Positions 58,028 through 64,000 of a stretch of 64,000 nucleotides of DNA are shown one piece after another (position 1 is the stretch's first letter; each line of letters begins with the position of its first letter). The DNA lies in the NCBI GenBank assembly GCA_037142615.1, contig JBAXAI010000006.1, forward strand, positions 1 through 64,000, given 5' to 3'. The position numbers and the translations under genes are program-made. Source of the DNA: Spirochaetales bacterium (GTDB lineage Bacteria; Spirochaetota; Spirochaetia; JABEVK01). The notes below the pieces were generated by a model, which saw nothing but the letters and a program-made list of their open reading frames with translations, was not told the DNA's origin and did not search any database.

Positions 58028-59599
58028 CTACAACGCCTTTAGGTGGTCGGCCAAGCGGAGTGCCAAGGCCACGATGGTGAGGGTTGGATTCGTGAACCCG
58101 CTGGTAGGGAATTGTCCGCACCCGGCTGTGTAGAGGTTATCTACACTGTAGAACCGCGAGTCAACATTCACAAGACCTTCTTCGGAAGTTGCTCCCATTC
58201 GCAGGGCGCCCATGTGGTGGTCGCCGGTGGCGAGCGCGGTCTCGGCGCGGCCAAAGGTCCACTCGTCGGCACCACCGCGAAGATCGCACAGCAGTTGAAA
58301 GTCAGAGGCCCCGTGGCGCGTCAGGTAGTGACCGGCGAGGTCGAGGGCACGGACGGCCGTCTTTTTATCTTCATCGGCGAGGCGCCAGTCCAAATGCGTG
58401 GTGGGCTGCCCGAACACCGGATCGACCTCGGTTGCGCTCAGGGTGAGCCGGCTGTCTTCGTTGGGCACCTGTTCCCAATTGAGGTTGAGCTCGGCCTTGT
58501 CGCCTTCGGGGTTAAAGCGGACGATGACCCGGAAGTTGCCGATCTTTTCGGCGTCGAGGGTTTCGGGCTTGGGCGCCAGCACACCCCAGGCATTGAACAC
58601 GTGGTGCTTGAACAGCAACCGCGGGTCGACCAGCGGCGCCGTGTCGTGAACGTAGGGCCCTCCCGGCGTTTCGGGACTGCGCAAACGCACTTGCTGGTCG
58701 CGGTACAGATTGCGGATCTCGGCGGGCACGGGTTGGGCAAAAGTCACTTTGGCGGCGGTGGTGATTAACGGGTGCACCATGAACCCCCGGCCCAGGTGAT
58801 CGCGGCGGTTATTGCCCAGGTCGCCCGACAACTTGAGAACCCTCACCGTTTCGATGCCACCCAAAGCCAACACATAACGGTCTGCCTTCACGCGGAACCG
58901 ATGACCCGCCTGGCCTTTTTTGATGCTCGCACATTCCAGCGCTGTCACGTGGCCCTTGTCGGGGGTCGAGTCCAGGCGCAGCAGGTGGGCGTTGAACAGC
59001 ACGGTGACGTTGGAGGAGGCCTTGAGGTCATCGGCGACCCGCAGCTGGAAGTCGTGGTAGCGTTCCTCGTACTGCGCGTGCATGATGGCCACGCCCAGCT
59101 CGTCGCCCGGCTTGGGCGGAAAGCTCTTGCCGAATAGGGTCGTCTCCCAAAAAGGCAGGTCGTCGAAGTTGAACGGACCGTAGCGACCGTAGTCCATGGC
59201 GTCTTGGTAGTACGGAGTGAGGCTCGAAAGCGGGATCGGCCACGAGGCGTCGCGGTAGCCCGGGCGGGCGCGAAAGTCGGCGTCGTCGAGCGGGCGTGAC
59301 CAAAACCCGAAGTGGTTGGTGGTGCCGCCAAACATATGCAGCCGCGAGCGCCGCAAAAACAGCGGGTCCACTTTGGTCAAAAAATCCCCCGTGGTGCCTC
59401 CATAGATCTTTTGGCGGTAGCTGGGCGGCAGTCCCTTTTCGTCGGGAAGCCCGGCAACGAGAACAAGGACCTTTTTGGACGACCCGGCCAACCGCTTCGC
59501 CAGGGGCAAGCCAGCCGCGCCGGCGCCGACGATGCAAACGTCGTAGTCCTGCAGGGTGGAACCCGCCGGGAGTTCTTCACTCGAAAGGAACATGCTCAT
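58028..59599 (-). CDS. GMC-family FAD oxidoreductase
   Basis: DVCIVGAGAAG, FGGTTNHF, HHMGALRMG, FPTSGFTNPTLTIVALALRLADHL. Confidence 0.92.
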   Translation of the reverse strand: MSMFLSSEELPAGSTLQDYDVCIVGAGAAGLPLAKRLAGSSKKVLVLVAGLPDEKGLPPSYRQKIYGGTTGDFLTKVDPLFLRRSRLHMFGGTTNHFGFWSRPLDDADFRARPGYRDASWPIPLSSLTPYYQDAMDYGRYGPFNFDDLPFWETTLFGKSFPPKPGDELGVAIMHAQYEERYHDFQLRVADDLKASSNVTVLFNAHLLRLDSTPDKGHVTALECASIKKGQAGHRFRVKADRYVLALGGIETVRVLKLSGDLGNNRRDHLGRGFMVHPLITTAAKVTFAQPVPAEIRNLYRDQQVRLRSPETPGGPYVHDTAPLVDPRLLFKHHVFNAWGVLAPKPETLDAEKIGNFRVIVRFNPEGDKAELNLNWEQVPNEDSRLTLSATEVDPVFGQPTTHLDWRLADEDKKTAVRALDLAGHYLTRHGASDFQLLCDLRGGADEWTFGRAETALATGDHHMGALRMGATSEEGLVNVDSRFYSVDNLYTAGCGQFPTSGFTNPTLTIVALALRLADHLKAL

Positions 59600-59694
59600 A
59601 GTGTCATCGTAAGGGCATTTTCGAGCAAGCGAAACGCCCAAAGACTGCCCGAAAGGTGGACAAAACTGAACAAGGCCCGGCTATACTGGCCGGT

Positions 59695-60519
59695 ATGAGC
59701 GGCTTTGGTTCGGCGGCCAGCCGAGAAACAGCGGATTACCTCGCGTCGCTGCGGCCCGAACGGGTCGAGGTGAAGTTCTGTGAGCGCTTCGACGGGCAGA
59801 GCCGAATCTGGAACCTCGAGAGGCATTCGCACAACGTCTTCGAGCTCCTGTATTTTTTGGATGGCGGCGCCAAGATTCACGCCGGTGATGGCGAACTGTC
59901 GGCGGGGCTGTTCGACCTGGTGCTGTACCCTCCAGGGGTGGTCCACGAAGAGCAGTTGGTTGAGGGCTTCCGCAACGAGGTCTTCTGCTTTTGGCTCGAT
60001 CTGGGCCCGACCGCTACTTTTCATCAGGGTATCACGGTGCCCGACCGGACCGGCGAGATCCGCGTGCTCGTCGAGGCCTTGTTTCAGGAAGCCATTGCCC
60101 GCCGACCGCTCGCTGCCGAGATGGTGGCCCTGTACGTGGGGGGAATCCTCACGCTGGCCCGCCGCTGGTTGGAAGAGCCGCCCAAGGACGACCAAGGGCT
60201 GGTCGCCCGGTGTTTGAGCTATATCCACGAGCACTACACTGAGGATTTTGAGGTCGAGACCATGGCGCGCGCGGTGGCCGTCAGCCCTTCGTACCTCTTC
60301 CGGTCGTTCAAAAAGAAGCTGGGAATGACCCCCATGCACTATCGCAACGAGGTACGCATCGAGAAGTCGAAGCTTCTGCTGTGCCAAAGCAACCGCCGGC
60401 TCGACCTGATTGCCCAGGAGTTGGGCATCACCGACGTGAAGTACTTTTCGTCGCTGTTCAAGCAAGTGACTGGCCAGACTCCGGGGGCCTTCCGCAAGCT
60501 CAATCGTCACTCGGAGTGA
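59695..60519 (+). CDS. AraC family regulator
   Basis: HSHNVFELLYFLDG cupin; SPSYLFRSFKK...YFSSLFKQVTGQTP; TATACT 7 nt before ATG. Confidence 0.93.
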   Translation: MSGFGSAASRETADYLASLRPERVEVKFCERFDGQSRIWNLERHSHNVFELLYFLDGGAKIHAGDGELSAGLFDLVLYPPGVVHEEQLVEGFRNEVFCFWLDLGPTATFHQGITVPDRTGEIRVLVEALFQEAIARRPLAAEMVALYVGGILTLARRWLEEPPKDDQGLVARCLSYIHEHYTEDFEVETMARAVAVSPSYLFRSFKKKLGMTPMHYRNEVRIEKSKLLLCQSNRRLDLIAQELGITDVKYFSSLFKQVTGQTPGAFRKLNRHSE

Positions 60520-60606
60520 AGTGAAAAACCGGGAGTTCAGTTCTGCCCACCTTCCGGCCAGTTCTCTGCGTTTTCATCCGGGCACGCCGGGTTTAGTCTT
60601 ATCCCT

Positions 60607-62976
60607 ATGAAGACACCCGCGTCGTTCCCCATCCCCGGCCTTACGCTGCGCATCGCGTCGCTCAAAGCCAAAATGCAGGCCGAGCCCCGCTACCTGTCGC
60701 TCGAGCAGGCGCTCCTCGTGACCAAGACCTACCAGGCCAACGAGGGGGCTTCGATGGCCCGCAAACGGGCGCTGTCGCTGGCGGCGGCCTTGAGGGAAAT
60801 CGCCATTGCCATCGATCCCGAAGAGCTGATCGTGGGCAACCGGACGGCCGGGGTGCGCGCCGGAGTGGTCTTCCCCGAAGCAGGAATCTCGTGGATCGAC
60901 AAGGAGCTGGAAACCCTGCCGACGCGCCCGCAAGACAAGTTCGGCGTGCGCCGTGAGGATATCGATGACTTTCGCCGCGTCGTTGCCCCCTATTGGAAAG
61001 GCAAGTCGCTCGAGGACACCATCCGCGCCGAAGCCGGAACCATCGTCGACGCCATCGGCCGGGTGGTGAAAATCAACCAGAAGGACCACGCGCAAGGGCA
61101 CATTTGCCCCGATACCGAAAAGTGGCTCCGCGTGGGGGCTGGCGGCCTTCAGCGCGAGGCCGAAGCCAAACTCGCCAGCGAAACCGACCCCGAGAAGCGC
61201 GAGTTTTATGAGTCGGTGGTCACGGTCCTGTCGGCGTCCCGCGATTTCATGCTCCGCTACGCCGTGCTGGCCGAAGAACTGGGCCTGCGCGAAGTGGCGC
61301 GGATTTGCCGCAAACTGGCGGCAGACGCGGGCTCGTGCGGCGCCGAAACCTTCCACGAGGCGTTGCAGGCGCTGTGGTTCCTGTTCGTCGTGCTGCACCT
61401 GGAAAGCAACGCCTCGTCGTTTTCGCCCGGGCGCGCCGACCAGTACCTGCTGCCGTACTTTCTGGCCGACAAAAAGGCCGGTCGCCTCGACGACTCGCGC
61501 GCCTTGGAGCTCATTGAGGCACTCTGGCTCAAGTTCAACCAGATCGTCTACCTGCGCAACTCGCACAGCGCGTCGTTCTTCGCCGGCTTCCCCATCGGAT
61601 TCAACGTGGCCTTGGGCGGACGAAACGCCGATGGCTCCGACGCGACCAATGAGCTGAGTTACCTGTTCCTGCAAGCGCAGGGTGCATTGGGGTTGCCGCA
61701 GCCCAACCTGTCGGCCCGGTTGCACGAAGGATCGCCGCAAGAGTTCCTCGACGCCTGCTCGACCGTGGTGGGCCGAGGCAGCGGCATGCCGCAGGTGTTC
61801 AACGACGAGAGCATTGTTCCCGCGCTGACAGCCCAGGGGATCAGCCGCGACGACGCCGAAAACTACGCCATCGTGGGTTGCGTGGAGCTGACCACTCACG
61901 GTAACAACTTGGGTTGGAGCGACGCGGCCATGTTCAACCTGCCCAAGGCTCTGGAATTGGCGCTCAACAACGGCGTCGACCTGATCACCGGCCAGCATCT
62001 GTCGCCCGGAACCGGAGCCCTGAGCGACTTCGCCACCTATCAGGACGTTGAAAAGGCTTTTGCCGCGCAGATCGACTACTTTTTTGAGGGGATGCTCGAG
62101 GCTTGTGTCAAAGTCGAGGCCGTCCACAAGCGGCTGATGCCGACGGCGTTCCTTTCGGCGGTGATCAACGACTGCCTCGACAAGGGGCTCGACGTGGTCG
62201 CCGGAGGGGCCCACTACAACCTTTCGGGCATTCAAGCCATCCAGATGGCCAACGTGGCCGACTCGCTGGCGGCCCTCAAAGTGCTGGTGTACGGAGACGG
62301 CGGCGAGAAGGGGCACAGACCTCTCGACCGGAGGGTTCTGCTCCAGGCCCTGCGCGACAACTTTGAGGGCAACGACGAGCTTCGCAAAACCCTGCTCGCC
62401 TCGCCCAAGTACGGCAACGACATCGCCTGGGTCGATGAGCTGGCCAACCAGTGGGTCACGTACTTTGCCAAAAAGTTCGACGGACGGACCAACTTCCGCG
62501 GAGGGCGCTACCACACTGGCATGTACACTGTCAGCGCCCACGTGCCGATGGGGGCCAACGTCGGTGCCTCGCCCGACGGCCGCCTGGCGAAAACCCCGCT
62601 CGCCGATGGGGGCATGTCGGCCGTGTACGGGCGCGACCTCAAGGGCCCGACCGCCGTGCTCAAGTCGGTATCGCGCATCAATTCGGCGCTCGGGAGCAAC
62701 GGGACGCTGCTGAACCTCAAGTTTCTGCCGAGTTTCTTTTCGACCTTTGAGGGCATTCAGAAGTTTTCGAGCCTGCTCAAGGCTTTTGTGCGGCTGCGGA
62801 TCAACCACGCGCAGTTCAACGTCGTCCGGGGGGAAGACCTGCTCGACGCACAGCTGCATCCCGAAAATCACCGGGGGCTGACCATCCGGGTGGCCGGCTA
62901 CACGGCCTACTTCACCGAGTTGGCCACCGACCTGCAGAACGAGATCATCGCCCGCACCGCCTATGATCATCTTTGA
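60607..62976 (+). CDS. pflD: Glycyl radical enzyme, PflD-like
   Basis: GCVE Cys loop, RVAGY Gly loop; TRPQDKF, INQKDHAQGHI, ESNASS, FAGFP, LPQPNL resemble E. coli PflD (from memory); single Cys, so not true PFL. Confidence 0.85.
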   Translation: MKTPASFPIPGLTLRIASLKAKMQAEPRYLSLEQALLVTKTYQANEGASMARKRALSLAAALREIAIAIDPEELIVGNRTAGVRAGVVFPEAGISWIDKELETLPTRPQDKFGVRREDIDDFRRVVAPYWKGKSLEDTIRAEAGTIVDAIGRVVKINQKDHAQGHICPDTEKWLRVGAGGLQREAEAKLASETDPEKREFYESVVTVLSASRDFMLRYAVLAEELGLREVARICRKLAADAGSCGAETFHEALQALWFLFVVLHLESNASSFSPGRADQYLLPYFLADKKAGRLDDSRALELIEALWLKFNQIVYLRNSHSASFFAGFPIGFNVALGGRNADGSDATNELSYLFLQAQGALGLPQPNLSARLHEGSPQEFLDACSTVVGRGSGMPQVFNDESIVPALTAQGISRDDAENYAIVGCVELTTHGNNLGWSDAAMFNLPKALELALNNGVDLITGQHLSPGTGALSDFATYQDVEKAFAAQIDYFFEGMLEACVKVEAVHKRLMPTAFLSAVINDCLDKGLDVVAGGAHYNLSGIQAIQMANVADSLAALKVLVYGDGGEKGHRPLDRRVLLQALRDNFEGNDELRKTLLASPKYGNDIAWVDELANQWVTYFAKKFDGRTNFRGGRYHTGMYTVSAHVPMGANVGASPDGRLAKTPLADGGMSAVYGRDLKGPTAVLKSVSRINSALGSNGTLLNLKFLPSFFSTFEGIQKFSSLLKAFVRLRINHAQFNVVRGEDLLDAQLHPENHRGLTIRVAGYTAYFTELATDLQNEIIARTAYDHL

Positions 62977-64000
62977 CCTGCAGCGGTTCTCGGTGCACGA
63001 CGGGCCGGGAATCCGCACCACGGTTTTTTTGAAGGGTTGCCCCCTGCGTTGCCTGTGGTGCCAGAATCCCGAGGGCCTGGAGTTCGGGTTGGGCGATGCG
63101 GGAGACGCCGGAAAGGTGCGCGAAATTTCGCCCGCCGACTTGGCCGAGGAACTTTTGGCCGACGAAGTGTTCTTTGAAACCTCGGGCGGTGGCGTCACGT
63201 TTTCGGGTGGCGAACCGCTGGCGCAGGTCGACGAGCTGATCCAGACGGCCCGGCTTTTGCGGTCGCGCGGCATCCACGTAGCGGTTGAGACCTCGCTCTA
63301 CGTTCCGGCCGCCTTTGTGCGGAAAGTCTTGGGCGAGGTCGACCTGATACACGCTGACCTCAAGGCGTGGAACCCGGACGACCACAAGGCCTGGACTGGT
63401 CGGAGCAACACGCGGATTTTGGCAAACTTCCGGTTGGTAGCCGACGCGGCGCAGCAGGGCGGCCCCACGTTGATCGTTCGCACCCCGTTGGTCCCCGAAC
63501 ATACCGCCTCCGAGGCCAATCTGGGTCAGCTCCGCGAGTTCTTGTCGGGCTGGTCGCCGGCACCGGCGTGGGAACTGATGGACTTCAATGCGCTCGCCCG
63601 ATCGAAGTATCAGGGGATGGGCCGTAACAACTACCCGTTCGAGCACCTGAGCACCGGCTTGGGGGCCGAGCAGTTGCAGCACTTTCACGTGGTCGCCGGT
63701 CTGGCGGACCCACCCGTCAAGGAGACTTCCACCATGGTCAACTGCATCCGCGACTTTGTCACCCGCGCCCAAGCCGGGAACACGGTGTACATCACCGACG
63801 TTCGGCAGGCGTTTGAACGCCTTTCGGCGAGCGATTCGTTCCGGTTCGGTTTGGACCTCACCCTTCCCGACAAGAGCCATCGGAAGTTCGTGTTGCGGCT
63901 TCCCCACTTTGCGACCGCCGACGACACCCCCGAGCGGACCTTCGTGGTCGAGTACTTCCTGGCCGAGCTGTACAACCGGCTTTCGGCGCTGGGACCCCGC
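62963..64000 (+). CDS. GRE-activating radical SAM enzyme fused in frame to a second domain (runs off window)
   Basis: Own translation: MIIFDLQRFSVHDGPGIRTTVFLKGCPLRCLWCQNPE, GGGVTFSGGEPL, DLK, VRTPLVP; no stop to 64000; internal AAGGAG + in-frame ATG at 63734. Confidence 0.9.
   Translation, partial: MIIFDLQRFSVHDGPGIRTTVFLKGCPLRCLWCQNPEGLEFGLGDAGDAGKVREISPADLAEELLADEVFFETSGGGVTFSGGEPLAQVDELIQTARLLRSRGIHVAVETSLYVPAAFVRKVLGEVDLIHADLKAWNPDDHKAWTGRSNTRILANFRLVADAAQQGGPTLIVRTPLVPEHTASEANLGQLREFLSGWSPAPAWELMDFNALARSKYQGMGRNNYPFEHLSTGLGAEQLQHFHVVAGLADPPVKETSTMVNCIRDFVTRAQAGNTVYITDVRQAFERLSASDSFRFGLDLTLPDKSHRKFVLRLPHFATADDTPERTFVVEYFLAELYNRLSALGPR

Noticed and set aside
60607-62976. Pyruvate formate-lyase or choline TMA-lyase call
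   Set aside because: Single Cys (GCVEL) rather than the PFL CC pair; overall motifs are PflD-like; no microcompartment genes
60574-63273. 899-aa minus-strand ORF
   Set aside because: Antisense shadow of the GRE and activase; no motifs; expected in high-GC coding DNA
1-64000. tRNA, rRNA, IS elements, prophage
   Set aside because: None seen by eye; intergenic gaps are short and no transposase, integrase or phage proteins are recognisable

Overview
A GC-rich bacterial accessory and metabolic region, probably from a free-living diderm anaerobe such as a Spirochaetota member. That assignment is an inference from TolC/RND, LolA-like and lipoprotein genes mixed with Firmicute-type sugar ABC systems. 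I saw no rRNA, tRNA, CRISPR array, integrase or transposase. Left to right: DUF1330-like gene, GH4 remnant, intact yefM-yoeB, AAA/DUF4143 ATPase; a polysaccharide locus (AraC, LplABC-type ABC, GH99-like, YesMN, GH106) interrupted by a decayed phd-vapC pair; a 2-kb cluster of internally deleted genes ending in a duplicate of the window's first 212 bp; MASE3-PAS kinase; TetR + RND-TolC; a ~13.7-kb minus-strand envelope cluster (membrane AraC, two acyltransferase-like genes, polytopic membrane protein, LolCDE-like ABC, LolA-like, OM proteins, Lcl/DUF1566, multicopper oxidase) punctuated by a repeated operator at a fixed 20 bp from a -10 box; SGNH hydrolase; LacI-controlled starch/maltodextrin locus with two CBM-repeat proteins; PaxB-like membrane protein; MCP; and a PflD-like glycyl radical enzyme locus (sugar ABC, HAD and PHP phosphatases, GMC oxidoreductase, AraC). 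The activase of that last locus is missing from the ORF track and is fused in frame to a downstream protein. All family calls are from motif recognition by eye, not database searches.
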